DNA of 64,000 nt from the human T2T-CHM13v2.0 reference genome, Homo sapiens (GCF_009914755.1 NC_060929.1); one strand, 5' to 3'. Numbered from the stretch's first letter, positions 1 through 15,588 are shown. The notes: generated by a model from the letters alone, not told the origin. Made by a program: numbers and translations.

Positions 1-660
1 TGTATTGTTTCCCTCAATACAAAAATGTTGCTTATATATTTGAGATGACGCTGCAAATATCTTCTTCTTATTTTTCATTTGTGTTCCAGCTTTGTTTATA
101 TAGTGTTTTCCCCATGCAAAAGTTTTTTTTATTTATTATTTTTATGTAGGCAAATGCATCAATTTTTTAAAATTGCAACTGAATTGTAAATCATAGATAA
201 AAACTTTTATGTTTACCTAGGTTATAGAGGAATTCATTCATGTTTTCCTCTAGCTTGTATAGTTTCATTTTTTTTACATTTATTCAAGTTTTCTAATTTT
301 TCCTACAATATTTCTATGTATTTGTTTTAAGGAGATTGCTAAACATTTTATCATTTTAATTATTATAGTTAGAAGACTTTATCCATTAACTTTTCTTATT
401 AGTTATTTCTGATATGTAAGAAATTCAATGATTTTATGTAATTATTGAGAAACATTTACTATATTACTCTGAAATAGTCTCTAGTTCAGTAACATTTCAA
501 AAATGGAAATGTTTTTCTAAGAATGAATCATATTGTCTTATTTTATAGTTTTTATATATTTTCTTCACTTATTGCATTAGCAATTATATAATTATATGGC
601 TTTTATTGTATTACATTTAAAAAAGAACCATCATCTCCTCTTTTGACATTCATATTGACA
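1..660 (-). mobile_element. Old L1M (L1ME-like) fragments
   Basis: T-rich decayed sequence resembling antisense L1M ORF2/3' region; boundaries approximate. Confidence 0.45.
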
Positions 661-677
661 TTTAAATTAATGTTAAA

Positions 678-1010
678 GTCAGATGCAGTGGCTCACTCCT
701 GTAATCCCAGCACTTTGGGAGGCCGAGACTGGAGGATTGCTTGAGCCCAGGAGTTGAAGACCAGCCTGGGCACCGTAGGGAGACTCCATCTCTACAAAAA
801 ATAAAATAATTATCTGGGCATGGTGGTGAGCACCTGTGGTTCTAGCTACTCAGGAGGCTGAGGTGGGAGGATTGCTTGAGCCTAGGAGGTCAAGGCTGCA
901 GTGAACCATAATTGCACCACTGCAATCCTGAGCAACACGGTGAGACCCTGTCTTAGTAAATGAATGAATCAATGAATGACTAGATAAATAGATAAATAAA
1001 TTAATAAATA
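678..1010 (+). mobile_element. AluJ
   Basis: Dimeric Alu with J-type 'ggaggattgcttgagcccaggag'; (TGAA)/(TAAA) tail; flanking direct repeat aatgttaa at 669-676 and 1011-1018. Confidence 0.92.
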
Positions 1011-2559
1011 AATGTTAAGATCCTATTTGTGATAGTGGAAAATTCTCATTTTTTTTCTAACTTTAATGGGAGTGTCTTTAGTACTCCATCATTAAGGATA
1101 CAAATATCCGCTAGTGTCTGTTAAAATTAAGTTTTATAACTACACTATCCCATATTATGTCCCACTATGAACATGTATATATTTTAAAAAGTACAGCATG
1201 TGTTTAGAAACAGAGATAGATATGATTAACAAACATACACAAATATATGGGGTTAACAGAGATATTGGATATTTATTTTTATGAAGATACATGCCACACT
1301 TTTATATTGCAGACTTATGTACACGTGTATTGGTAAATTGTTTTTAATAGGGGATTAAGACCATAGAATAAAATGGTACTCCTTCATCCAGCCATCATTT
1401 ATCCATCTCTGCATCATCCCTCTATCTATCCAGTTGATAAATATCTCCCATTTACCTAATAAGTGTTGAGCACTGAGCTAGGTTATCAGAAACAAACACC
1501 TCCTAAAACTTTTTAACTTCTGGAAGGCTAAAATGTGCGTAATTTTGTCTTTCATAGCAAATTTCCTTTTTTATGGACCTACTTCAGCATTCATACACAG
1601 GCACTTCTTTTCTTCACCAAAGCATTGAGGGCAATTTCTCAAATAGTAACAAATAAATAGGAAACTTAAATCTTAGCAGTTGACACTGCATAATTTTTCC
1701 CGGATTTTCATCAAATTTTAACCATGTAATTTTATTTACCTATAATTCAAGAGATTCATTGTCTTTTTAATAGGAAAAAATCTGTCAGTCAGGGAAATTC
1801 ATAATGTCCATAGAGAGACGTTAAATTTGTCATTGTAAAGACAAAATTAACTATATATTAATCTATCATCTGTTTCCCTAGCTCAATCTAATTTGACATA
1901 TTTAATGAAAATCACTGATGGCTTCTAGTATAATAAACTGATCTTTAAAACAAAACATAGAAATTCTAATACTCACATATTTCACATTGAAAGAGTGATG
2001 AAAACTTCACTTGAAACATTTATTTTGTGATTTCAAAAACTGTAGTTAAAATGATAGCTAGGGAGCAGTAAATCACCATATGCTACGCTACTTCTAGGCT
2101 TGGACTCAGAACCTTGAACGTTGACAGAATTAACATATTAATTTGAGTTTTCCCTGGATGTTTCAGTTTAACTTTTGATATTCTTCTTTCCAAAGGCTGA
2201 AAAAAAAAGCCTTTCATTTAAAATGCATTTCTTAGAGAACTGTTAATGATCTCCCTTCCTTTCATTTAGCAGGCAAAATAACATTTCTTTGAAAAATGGT
2301 TATCTGCTGAGAATTTGATTATTGAATAAAGATCAGTAATTTTGGGGTGTGTGGAACATCTGTCAGGAATTTTGGAAAGGAATCACTGACTCCATTCATG
2401 TGACTTATTTCATATGAAAGCAGCATACACATTATATCAGAGAGGACAGCTAAAGCTATATCAACACAGTGCCGTAAATTCAGAGGGAAGAACTGGAGAA
2501 CTTGTGGTAGCATCCATCCAGCATGACATCATTCTTTGCTCCCTCCACTCTTTGCAAGA

Positions 2560-2910
2560 AGCCCTTTCTCATGACCATCCATAATGTGCGGTAGTGATCG
2601 TATTATTTCTTTCTTCACTAATCTTCGGCAACTTTTCAAGGCCTATGAGATAAAATCCAGATGCCTAGAGTTAGCATTTAAAGCCCTGTGCTGTGGCCTA
2701 ACTCATGTCTCCAATCTCAGCTCCTGCTACTTATGCACCTTCTCTAAACTTTCTTCTGGCAGCTGCAAACTCTTACCTCACCCTGGGCATGTCCACACGT
2801 TATTCTGCCTCCAAGCCCTTGCTTCCTCTGCCTCGAATTCCCTTCTCAGATTTTCCATGTCACTTGCCCAGATCGACTGTAAAACATTTCCTGATCCTTC
2901 CACCTAGATG
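2560..2910 (+). mobile_element. L2 fragment
   Basis: Resembles L2 3' region ('gataaaatccagatgcctagagttagcatttaaagccctg'); boundaries approximate. Confidence 0.5.
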
Positions 2911-4147
2911 TGATCAACTACATGTACTTACTTTTATATATTTTCATATACACAACAGAGCTTATGTTGCACATGTTATTTTATTCTTCACTCTTTCCAC
3001 TTAATGATATGTCTGAAAGATCTTGAGATATCAACTGAGAACATATATCTCCTCTTCATTTTTGTATTTAAATGTTTTTATTGAATAATTTAGAAGAGTA
3101 AACAAAGAATGTCCTTCCTTCTTTCTCTGTAATTCAAGATAAAGCCAAAAACCTTAGAGAAAATTTGAAGGGGCTGAGAATAGGGCTATACTGTCACTTG
3201 GTTTTTGAATAGCCTGCTTCATATTTTTAACAGCCACATTTTATCACATCATATGGGCGCACACTATAATTTAATTCATCAACTAAATATTTTAGTTGTC
3301 CCTAGTTTTTTTTAATCTGTTAAAACAATGCTGTTTGTAATAGAAAACACTCTTACACATTTATATTGGAGAACTTTGGCAAGGGTTATCAGTAGGATTA
3401 ATTACTAGCAATGAGGATATTTTCAATCTTGAATTATAGGTATTTATAATGGTGTCTTTACACCACCACCCTCTGCTCCAAAGACCTGTGAGCTTCTTGA
3501 AGGTAGAACGAATTATTATTACCATCATCATCGCTAGTGTGTATTGGTCAGGCTCTATGCTAACTGTCTTACAAGTGTTTCTCATTTAGTTCTCATAACA
3601 ACCCCTTGGACTTTGGATTATTTTCATTTCACAGTTGATGTGCAGTTTATGAGGCTGCATTTGAACTTCCTCCTAACTGCTGTGACCTCTTGCACTCGGC
3701 TGGCCTTCTGGAGATATTTATTGAGTGATTATGTCTGGAACAGAACAAAACTTGCACAGAAAACAAAACAATCATTGTTCATATTTTTAAAAAGGCTTTT
3801 CTTTCTTCATCCACAAATTGTCTTTGCAATTCTGTTGGTTATTTTGCTTGAGGACATTTATCTTCTGGAAGAAATCACTGGGGAAAAAATCAGTTTTATG
3901 TTTAATACCAATGGTTCCACTAATATGCCCCTGAATTAACAGTTATGTGCAAGTTTTTAATACATTCTCACCATATTTCTTTGATAGAGGAAAAAACAGG
4001 GAGAAAAGGAGTTGTGTAGGGGCTTTTCATAATTTTTTAAAAAAGTTTAAATAAATCATTTATTTTTCAAATATGTATTGAGCATGTATTGTATGACAGG
4101 TGCTGTGCTTCCAGCTGGAGGAACAAGATAAGAGTAGAAACACCTTA

Positions 4148-4338
<191 letters not shown>

Positions 4339-4654
4339 CTAAATAAACATGCAGGTGTATAGGGTGATTGTGAGTACTCTGCAAGGATGATACTGGAGAG
4401 TCAGGAAAGTCACATGAAAGCTGCAATGTGATGTTCAAGAAGAGCAGAAGTTAACTTGGGCCTCGGCAACCTGTGGTGGGTTGGAGGTAGCGGAAACGGT
4501 GGGAGGGTGTACAGTGGGAAGAGCAGAGGTCTGGTGTGAGCCGGAGCCTGGCATATCTCAGGAGCCAGAGGAAGGAGCATGAGGGTGAGAAGCAGAAAGC
4601 ATGAGAAGAGCGATTCGAGGAGCAGCTGCTATTTGGCCCTGGTGGTAAATGATC

Positions 4655-5040
4655 TTTTTAACATAATATCTTTATTCAGATGTAATTCACATGCTATACA
4701 GTTCATCCATTTAAAGTGTATAATTCATCGGTTTTTAGTATATTCAGAGTTGTACAACCATCATCTTTATCAATTACAATATTTTCATCACCCCCAAAAG
4801 AAACCCAGTATCTGTCACTTTCATTTTCCCCTACTCATGCCCCCATCTTCTCAAAACCACAAATCTACTTTCTGTCTCTACAGATTTGCCTATTTTGAAC
4901 ATTTCATATAAATAGTATCATACAATACATGACTTTTGTGTCTGGCTTATTTCTCTTAGCATAATGTTTCCAAGGTCCTCCATCTATCAAATCTTCACTC
5001 CTTTTTATTGCTGAATACTTACTGAATTTTATTGCCAAAT
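4655..5040 (-). mobile_element. L1MB/L1MC 3' end
   Basis: Typical antisense L1M 3'UTR ('ttcatccatttaaagtgtataattc...aatctactttctgtctctacagatttgcctatt'). Confidence 0.75.
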
Positions 5041-5784
5041 ACATTTTGGTAATATTTTATGTTTGTTGTTATATTGTGATTTCATAAGCTTCTAAAAATA
5101 CCTCACAGACTTTAAGTACTGAAACGAGCTCACCTTTAAAACAGTAGAAATGTGAAATTAAGTCCTGATTATTAATTGTTATTCTTAAAACATTTAAATA
5201 TCATGCTATGGAATTATTATAAATGTTCAAATGTGACTTCTAAAATAGAATAACATGTAGTTTCTTTTTTGAAGAAATTATTTCAGCATTTTGCAATGCT
5301 TAATTTTTGCAACATTATCAGAGCATGAAAACATAACACATTTTATAACTTCAATTATAGAAGAAACGAGTTGACATAGATTTGTTCTACTTTCCCAATA
5401 ATGGATATAAATTGGTTTTAGTGATGGTATGTAGGGAATATTTTTGTGGCAAATATTTGTACCTGTTTTTATAGAAAGGAATATGTGAGGCAAGTTACTT
5501 TCTATTAAATATTTTTAATTGTTTTAAATACAATATTCATTGTCATTTTGCCTTTTCTTTTTTCTTTTCTCCTTTTCCTTTTTCTTATGCCACAATAAAA
5601 AGATAGGAGTAGAACCTGATAATAATACTTTTCTTTCATTGTTATATGAGAAACTCACCCTGGAAAATAATCTTCTGCTGTCAGATTACTATGAATCGCA
5701 CAGAGTGAAAATACGGTACAAGGTGCTTTTCCACCCAGCTGTCACTTCTTTGTTTCCCAGCTAAAAAGCTCATCATTTTTCTCT

Positions 5785-6050
5785 TAAGTGTAGCACAGTG
5801 GGGAGAGCACAAACTTAGAATTAGAAAGAGCTAGCAAAAACAGAATTTGCATTATAACTCCATGACCCACACAGTGATTCTTTGGTCAATCATTGAAACT
5901 CTCTGAACTTCCTTTTCTTCACCTTTGAAATATGAATGATGACATCCCTGTCTTGGGACTCTTAGGAGGATTAAATTAGGGCACATGTGTAGGCACCCAA
6001 TAGGGTGCCTGGCACATAGTAGGAGCTTGATAAATGGTGGTTATTAAAGA
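5785..6050 (+). mobile_element. MIR
   Basis: Decayed MIR core and 3' end 'gtgcctggcacatagtaggagcttgataaatgg'. Confidence 0.6.
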
Positions 6051-7468
6051 AGGAAAATTTTGAATCCAGGTGGTACAAATGATTCTTTGGGGGCTTTATA
6101 CCTTGTCTTCCACATGAAAATTGTTCCCCCATGTTGCCATGAAAACTGTGCTTAATATTCTCCTCAACCAACCAGTCAAGTATTGGAGTGAGAATTAGAA
6201 TTAGAGTATGGGCGCTGAGAGTTCAGGAACTTTTCTGTCTCATTAAATACTGCCTGCACCTGAGATTGAGTAGGTATGTCAGTAAACATTACTGGCACTA
6301 ATTACTTGTGCATCTACTATTGTGCAAGCTTTTATGATTTAGCACTATGGGTGGCTTAATAAAATGATTAGCACTAGTCACTTCTCTCAAGTAACTTAGA
6401 ATGTGAGTTTGATGAGTAATGGCTGAGCTCCTTCAGGTGCCAAAGTGTTGAGATGGGCTCAGGTTACCTAAGAGGAAGTGTGAGAACGTTCAGAGAATTA
6501 TCTCAGTAATGCTAGCAAGGAGCTATGGGTACCTGGAGCATTGTTCAAGATGCACAGTAGCTTTATTGGCTCAATACATCTTCGGCTGTCTAACAAGCTA
6601 GAGTTTTCACGAAGCTCTGCCATACTTAATGCCTCTTATTTGGTCTCAACTTCTACTCTGCAATTGCTTCTTCCCTTGCTATCACTTGTCTGGCTTTCTG
6701 ACTTTGACGCTTCTCAAGAGAGGTTTAGTTGGATTTCTGATTGGAATCCAGTGTCGAGCATCCCTGTCAGAAAGGCTCTTAGGACAGGTCACCAGATGGC
6801 TGCAGTTCTCCTGTGGTTTGCTGTTGCTACCTTTAATTTCCACAGTGATCATGATTTAGTCAGCTCTGGCCAAGGCTGCAGATTCTGGAGTTCCAAGGAT
6901 GGCAGCGTAAGTATCGGAAGGTATAGGAAGCTGAGTCATTTCAGACCTTTCTTCTACAAAAGTGAATGGATATCTATCGACACAGGGAAGCTTGAGGTAA
7001 ATGCCAAGAGACTGAGACAGGCAATGTGTGCTTTGATGGAGAAGATACCCCAATGGGATGGTGATCAGGGAGGAAGAAAATAGAGTGTAAATTGAAAATG
7101 TGGCTTATGTTGTATGACGTCCTCAAGATGCACTCAATAAATGCTTGCCCTATGAAATGTTGAAGGAAGAGACAACATTTGGCCTACAAGATTGTGAAAG
7201 TTAGTGGGGAAAGCAGACACAGATAAAATTCAGTTTTTTGCATTTCCAACCTAGTTGTCTGGCCTCTAGTACCTCTCTTGACCTTTTGAGTAAGCTTTCT
7301 GGATTCTTCCTCTACCTTTTTTGTAGGCTGGACTATATTAGCTTGTTTAATGAATCACTGTGGCCGAGAATTCAAAATGCTCCAGTTATGGTTCCTGGAA
7401 AAACTCTATTTTAGGTAGTATATTGATTCCTGCAGTGTTTCCCTGTAATAATTTTTCTGTGATATTTA

Positions 7469-8225
<757 letters not shown>

Positions 8226-8650
8226 TCTCAGTCAAATTGTAGTATATTTTCATGTTTGCCAGACTTTGTTGGAGCTTTAGACCTGGTAACATACTTTGTC
8301 TGTCTTCAAGATGGGTCCATCCTTTGCAGTTTTACCCAGATTCATTTGCTCATAGCACTTTTTATTCATGGAGCATCTTAGAGCACTACTATTCTATGGG
8401 CCTATTTTGATAAATATGAGATTTTTCTCCATTTTCTTTCTCACTGCAGCTATAAGCATCATATTTCCTAATCCCCTTGGTGGTATTATGTTGTATTATT
8501 TTGTTAACCTTTATTATAATGGAAATTGCTGTAAGTGTGCTGTTTGCCACTCTGATTCTCAGACTAATCTCAATGTCGGGAAAGAGCACATTCAGAAAAG
8601 CAAAACACTGTTGGAATAGAGCAGAAGTGATTCCTGGGTGACAAGAAAGA

Positions 8651-8668
8651 ATTGCCATCTGGTGGTAG
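8651..8668 (-). promoter_or_regulatory. Candidate CTCF site
   Basis: Reverse complement ctaCCACCAGATGGCAat matches the CTCF core CCASYAGRKGGCR, in apparently unique sequence. Motif only. Confidence 0.45.
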
Positions 8669-9613
8669 TTTTGTTCATGCTGTTTAAACATTCCATTGGC
8701 CCTTTATTTTAAAAGTATAGGAGATGAAAGTATTATCACTTATGTGAAATAACAGCTGTCACCAAGTTTCTTTGAGCCACAAGGTGACATCATTATCTAT
8801 AAAGTGAGTGCCAGAAATGGTGGCTCTAGTCAGCTATTGTTAGATCAAATTTAGTTAGACTTTCAATTTACCAAAGAACAGTCACTGAATTATTGATAAA
8901 TGCAAGGCTCATTGCCAGGCTCTCAGGAAGATAGAAATATGCAACTTAGTACTGTGGGTGGTAGGCAGCAAAAAATACTTGTTGTTAGATTGACAACAAA
9001 TATCAGGCAACATATTTATTGAGAATGTACTTTGTGCCCCAAATATAATGTTAGAGAGCAAGAAATGGACATTACAACAATTATCATCAATGTTACAGTG
9101 TATTGGAGACAATCAAATAATTACAGTTATTAGTATATGAAAACAACCTGAGATAAATGTTCTGAGGGAAGTGGATATATAAAATCCTATAACAAAGAGC
9201 CTGCTGGATATTAGGGTTATGAGACTTAGTCTGACCTCTCAGGAGGAGAAGGAACCCCAATCTCGGAACCAGTAGGGGACAAAGCCAGAATTTAAATTTA
9301 TTTCTGTGTGACTTAATGTACTTTCAATTATACAAGTCCATCTTTTTATATGAAAGCATTGTTTGAGCCCAAACTATTCAAGAATTTTGTCCTTGGGAAG
9401 GCTTAAGTAAAATTTGTTAAGTTTGATCGTCAGCTTCCTGCTAGTATCAAGCCCAATTCACAGTTGATACCAAGATTAATGTTACTTTGTCCTCCCTAGT
9501 GCCTGGGTTCTAGTCACGTTCCCCAGGTAATCCCTCAGATCAGGCGGTTGTAAGAGAGTCCATAGATCATGGAATATGGGTCTTTGGGAAAAATCTGACT
9601 GATGGCTTACACC

Positions 9614-9822
9614 AGGAGTTGGGAAACTTTTTATGAAGGGCCAAATAGTAAATATCTATTAGACATTGCCAGCCATGTCTCTGTCATGACTCAGCTCTGT
9701 CATTGTAGTACAAAAATGATGAAAAAAAATATGAATGAATTGGTGTTACTGTGTTTCAATAAAGCTTTACAAAATCAAGTGGCAGGCAGGACTTGGTCTA
9801 TAGGTGATAGTTTGCAGACTGT
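9614..9822 (+). mobile_element. MER58A-like hAT MITE
   Basis: 'caggagttgggaaact...aagggccaaatagtaaata...tcagctctgtcattgtag...gtttcaataaagcttt...tagtttgcagac'. Confidence 0.75.
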
Positions 9823-10639
9823 TAGCTTAATCCACAATCCCTGAGTAACTTATTTTACTTGCTGTTAGCCAGCAGTATTTTTTCTCAAATAAATAAAGGC
9901 ATTTTGGTGACGTAACTTGGTATTTCAAACAGGGTTAGCAAATGCAAAACATCTTTAGGAATATCAGAAAATATTTTTGGCTTTTTCAATCACAAACAAT
10001 CCTTATTCATTCCTAGTTGATATTCCAAACTCTTCTTCTGGTGTATTATCTATTTTAGGTGTTTAAATCCAAGTTGGGCACCAAGTTTCTAGAAAGGGAG
10101 ATACGTTACGACATCCCAGATTCAACAACTTGGTATGAAGAAAGGGTTTAAAAGTGAATTTTGAATAATTGGAAGGGATTTCTGAGGACCTGCCCATGTG
10201 GGGACAAACAAAATGGAATAATGCCAATACAAATATGTCTCCTACTCTACAACTCTTATGGATCTGACACTGATTCCAATTTTATTAGAATATGATGACA
10301 ATTGAATAGCAGATATCATGATGAATTTTATTCTAGTCTTTTTTCCTTAGATGACAGGGGAGGTGGGGTGGAAAATCATCTTTTAAAATGCTATACATTT
10401 CCCAGAAAACCTCACACATGGTAGGTACTCAATATGCTGACTATATATTAAAGAAAAAAAGAATGAATGATCTAATGAGGGCTAAGACAGATGTTACATT
10501 ATTTTGTATAGTACATCAGTCTACATTCAACATTTCAGGTTAAAAGGAAATAATTCTACTGCTACTTAATATTAAAATATTTATTTGATAATAAATTTGG
10601 CTAATTGTCATTAATAGTATGTGATATAATGTTAAGATT

Positions 10640-10920
10640 AAGGCACTGGCAAGTTCAGTTTCTGGTGAGTGCCTGGTCTTTGCTTCCAAGATGCAAACAC
10701 TGTATACTCATATGGCAGAAGTGCCTTAAGCACTGTATACTCATATGGCAGAAGGTGGAAGGACAAAAAAGGGTGGACTCTGTGTGAAGCTTCTTTAATA
10801 AGATGTGAATCCCATTCCTAAAGGTCCCACCTTACTTCCTAAAGCTCCTGTCTTTCAAAACTATCACAATGGCAATTAAGTTTCAACAGAGGGATTTTGG
10901 AACACTTCAGCTAATAGCAC
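10640..10920 (-). mobile_element. MLT1A/MST-type MaLR LTR fragment
   Basis: 'tctggtgagtgcctggtctttgcttccaagatg...atcacaatggcaattaagtttcaaca'. Confidence 0.7.
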
Positions 10921-11139
10921 TCTCTCTAAAGAAGGCAATGGAGTTTTACTTCAACATCTTCTGAATCTTGTGCTGTTTCTGGGTTCAGTGACTATCATTG
11001 TTAGTCATAATGGCAGTATCGAAGACAGGGTAGAATGTGCGTTCAGCCCAGAAATAGCCCTTGAACATGACTCTATGATTCTTTTTCTAAAATCATCTGG
11101 TTTTCTTATGGTTTACCTTTTTTCAGTTCAAAAATAAAT

Positions 11140-11410
11140 AGAGAATAATTTAGTAAAGAGCATACACTTTCTAGAGTCAGACAGAACTGAATTAAAATCA
11201 GACACCTTGAATTAGTCACTTTGTGAACTTGGGCCAGTTATTTACCCTCTAATATCTCAGTTTCTTCCTATGTAAAATGATAGCAATAATTTTTAGCTCA
11301 GTGTTGTGATGATGATGAAATTAGCTATCTTAATGCTCTGCCTTAATGAATACTGAAAACTCTGCATGGTATATAGGAATTGGTCAATAATTGCTTGCTA
11401 TGATGATAAG
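11140..11410 (+). mobile_element. MIR
   Basis: Core 'tgtgaacttgggccagttatttaccctct...ctcagtttcttcctatgtaaaatga'. Confidence 0.7.
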
Positions 11411-12994
11411 GATAGTGAGTTCTATCAGTCAGAATATTATTTTTGATTTTCCTATGCTTCTGTATATAATGAAGGCAGTGATCCTAGATGAGCCATTAAA
11501 ATATTTGTACCACACATCATGAGAAAGTCATGGAGAAAATTTTTTCTTTGAAAGAGATTTAATATTTTCTCTGAATCACAAGATAACAATTTAATAATCG
11601 TCTTTCACAAGGAAGAGAATACAGCATGATGTCGTCTGAACCTACTGTTGCTTGTCAAAGAAAGATTTTTAATGTTAATATTACTAATTAAAAGACATAC
11701 CACTCAGCACGAAATCACAAACTGTATCTGCTGCTTGTTTAACACACTTTAAGTGTGTGTACGCAGGAGGAAATTTGGGGAAAATTATGAACAAAATCAA
11801 ACATTTTTCATCTAGCTTTTAGGCTTTTATGTTTTTTTTTAGAGTGCAATTAGAGAATTAATTAATTAAGGTCACCATTCTCAACCTCATCATCTGCTTT
11901 GAATTTGAATACAAACCGGTTCTGCATGAGTAGTGTCTGATATAATGTTAATCAAGAAAATGCTGTGTTTAACTGAATATGAAACAGATATAAGCACAGG
12001 TTCTGTCTAATGGATTAATAATATAAACAAGGTTGAGGACTAAGTAACAAAAAATGGAGTCAAATACACTTTCAGAATCTGTAGTAATAGAGTTTTATGG
12101 TTATTTTTCTGTAATCAGGAATCTATAGTTAATGGGATGGAATGACACTGACACACATACAAACACACAAACACACTCACTCACCCTTATAGTTGTCTTG
12201 TCATCCATCCATTCATTCATTCAAGATATACTTGTGGAGCCTGTTTTGCATGACAAGCCTTGGAGATACTGTAGTAACCAAGGTAGATGTGATCTTTATC
12301 CTCACTCTCTAGCTTGCCCTCTAACATGAGAAGATGCTTAGTATCAGGAGAATGAAGTCCAGGGTTGTATGGGCATATTCGGCTGCCAATTCAATTATCT
12401 TCTCTCAGAAACAGAATTTAGAAGCCAGCCAGGGAGTAATAAACTAGCAGGAAAAATAGAGAAGAGACCAAACAATGATCACTGAACTAACAAAAAGAAC
12501 AAGTGATGGATCATTTCCCATTTCTGTTCAATATCCATCTTCTACCTCCAGATCTGTTCTCTAGGGCTCTGGCTATGCCAACACAGAATTTTTTTTTAAT
12601 TTCACTTTACCTAATTTTTTAAAAAAATTTGTATTGACAATATTTCGTTCATACAGCTTCGCTACTTGGAAACTTACAGCCTCTTTTCTCTCTGTCTCCA
12701 AATCCTGTCTACTCATTAAGCAGCCTTTCTTCCCCCAGAAAGCCTTCGCCAAGCCCTCCAGCCCTCATAAACCTACCTCCCTCACCTCCCAATTTCCCAC
12801 ACTGAATGGACCATGTCACATAATTTTGTGCTCAGATACTAGTTAAGGTAACGGGTGCTTAGTTACATTCTACTTTATGTCTTTAGTTTTCTGTTCATTA
12901 ACCAATACAGGGAAATGAAAATAGGAATGAGCTAGAGTGCTTGCTTTCAAGGAGCTTACTCTTGATTAGGGGTGATATGTAATGTATGCAAATT

Positions 12995-13417
12995 ACCATG
13001 GTTGAATTGTGTTCCCCAGAAAGATATGTTGAAGTCCTATCCTGTAGGATCTAAGAATGTGACCTTATTTGGAAATAGGGTCTTTGCAGATGTAATCAAG
13101 TTAAGGCGAGGTCATATTGGGTAAGAGTGAGTCCTAATCCAATAATGGCTTAATAATGTTCTTATAAGAGACCCATAGTCATAGGGGAAATGCCAGGTGA
13201 CGGCAGAGGCAGAGATGAGAGTGGCATGTCTACAAGCCAAGGAACAGCAAGGATTGCTGGCAGCACCAGATGCTAAGAGAAAGGTGAGGCCCTGCTAACA
13301 CACCAACACCTTGATTCCAGACTTCTAGCCTCCAGAACTGTGAGAAAATAAAGTTCTGTTATTTTAAATCCCCCTAGTTTATGGTCATTTGTTATAGCAG
13401 CCCTAGTAAACTAAACA
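12995..13417 (+). mobile_element. MLT1B/C solo LTR
   Basis: 'ggttgaattgtgttcccc...gaatgtgaccttatttggaaataggg...cctccagaactgtgagaaaataaa...gttatagcagccctagtaaactaa'. Confidence 0.85.
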
Positions 13418-13916
13418 TTGTGGTGATACCAAGGAAATGAATGGGGGAAAGGACGGGTGAGTTGAATGCTTTTGTTGTTCTGAGAAGGAAGTAGTCATTT
13501 CCATAGGGGGTTGTGGGCCTATTGAGAGAAGTTTCATGGGGGGGCCCTGGGTCTTGAGAGTGAGCAGGGTTGGGACATCTAAGGTGCAAAGGAAGAAGAA
13601 ATTACATGTAGCTTTAGGAAATAGTGCAAATAAAGGTACAAATAGTACAAATAGAAACACACATAGAATATACCATGGACTGTGTCTAGGGAGAATTACA
13701 TGCTTTAGTTGTACTAGGGCATGTTTTTGAGTGAAAAAAAGTAGTGGAAAATGAGCCTGAAAAAGTAGATTGGTGCTAGACCATGGGCAGAAGGCCTCCA
13801 GTAGCAGCATAAGAAAATCTGTCACCATCTACTCAGTAGCCAGAGACAAGTGGGGGATATGCAGTGACAGAAGCTTATGTGCTTTGGGGAGACTGATCTG
13901 CCAATATTGTATGGAG

Positions 13917-14095
13917 CAGAAGTTCTCCAGCTGACATGCACATCAGGATCCCCTAGAAGGCTTTTTATGACACAGATTCCTGTGCTCCATCCTTGGAGTT
14001 TCTGATTCAGTTAGGATCCAAGAATGTGCATTTCTAACAAGTTCTCAGGTGATATTGATGCTGCTAGTCTGAGAACCACTCTTTGAGAACCACTG
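13917..14095. mobile_element. MER5A hAT MITE
   Basis: TIR-like ends cagaagttctc / gagaaccactg; internal 'tgcatttctaacaagttctcaggtgat'. Confidence 0.85.
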
Positions 14096-15235
14096 ATGTA
14101 GACAGACAGGAACTTGAAAATGAGACAAGAGGCCTAGAAACCCTTTGGAATGTAATACAGTGAGCAGGCAGAAGAGAAACATGAACTGGAGGAGGAGGAG
14201 TGGCAGTGGGCATGATGGGGAAAGAGCTTCCCACCAGGCAGGACTTGGCATCTCATCGAATGTAAAGGCTGCTTGAGACAGAAGGCAAAAATTATTCCAG
14301 ATTTTTGACTCTAGGAGGTTATTGTAAGGTTTTCCTTTCATTTCTTGTGTGTTAGTCTTATTATTCTTACCAAATTAAAAGCTCCCTGAGGATAATGTCC
14401 ATATTATTTGACAGGCTTACATAGTCTAAAACTTATTTCTTTGTATTTGGCATAATAATAGCTAAGATTTATCAAGTGTATGATGTATGTCAGGCATTTT
14501 GCACGGATTACCTAGTTTAAAGTTCAGCACCAATCTGTGAGTTGAATATTATTGTTTGCTTTATAGTGGGGGAGAGTTGAATAATTCAGCCGGGCCACAC
14601 AGTAACCAAGGGGCTTAACCAAGATTTGAACCAAGTGGTCTGATTCCAGGGCCCAAGTCCTAATGCCTACATTATGGCACCTCATTACTGAAGAGCTAGG
14701 TGCTTATTAGGTGCTAAGTCATTATATCAATTTATATTATATGATAAGTCATAGCCATAGAGGAAAATTAGATGATATAGATAGATAATCATAAAAATAA
14801 ACTTACCTATAAATCTACAATTCAGTGAGAATCGCTGCTTACATATCAGTGTGTATCTCTTCAGGTTTCCTTCTAGGCCTGCATATGAACACGTGTATAG
14901 ATCACACTATATGGCTTATGCTTGTTTTATAACTTAAAATAAAAAAAAAAACCTAACAGTATCATGAACAATTTTCTTGTCAATAAACATACTTCTACAA
15001 TATCAATGTTAATGGTGATTTGTTTTTCTATTTTATGACTATGCTATAATTTATTTAACTCTTCTTGTTTAGTTAGGCATCTAGAAATATGCCCTGACAT
15101 TGAGACTCACCCTGTCTATGGGTTGTATTCTTTTTTGTTTTTTTAACTCTTTGAGTCTTATTCAAATTTATTTCTGGCTTGAAATGAGTCAACTTTTAGA
15201 TACATTGTCAATTGAAGGGTAAAAGAGTGTTTAAT

Positions 15236-15504
15236 GGCCGGGCACAGTGGCTCACACCTGTAATCCCAGCACTTTGGGAGGCCAGGGCAGGCAGATCACA
15301 AGGTCAGGAGATTGAAACCATCCTGGCTAACATGGTGAAAACCCGTCTCTACTAAATATACAAAACATTAGCTGGGCGTGGTGGCAGGCGCCGGTATTCT
15401 CAGCTACTAGGGAGGCTGGGGCAGGAGAATGGCATGAACTCGGGAGGTGGAGCTTGTAGTGAGCCACTTCACTCCAGCCTGGGCGACAGAGCAAGACTCC
15501 GTCT

Positions 15505-15534
<30 letters not shown>
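15236..15534 (+). mobile_element. AluY-like
   Basis: Y-type 'accatcctggctaac' and 'gaatggcatgaac...ggagcttg'; long pure poly-A; perfect 15-bp TSD aaaagagtgtttaat (15221-15235, 15535-15549). Confidence 0.93.
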
Positions 15535-15541
<7 letters not shown>

Positions 15542-15588
15542 TGTTTAATTCCCAAATACACCTAGCACCAGGCAGAAGCTCAAATTTG

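Noticed and set aside
6541-7083. 180-aa ORF
   Set aside because: Starts at TTG, has no recognisable domain or exon structure; expected by chance.
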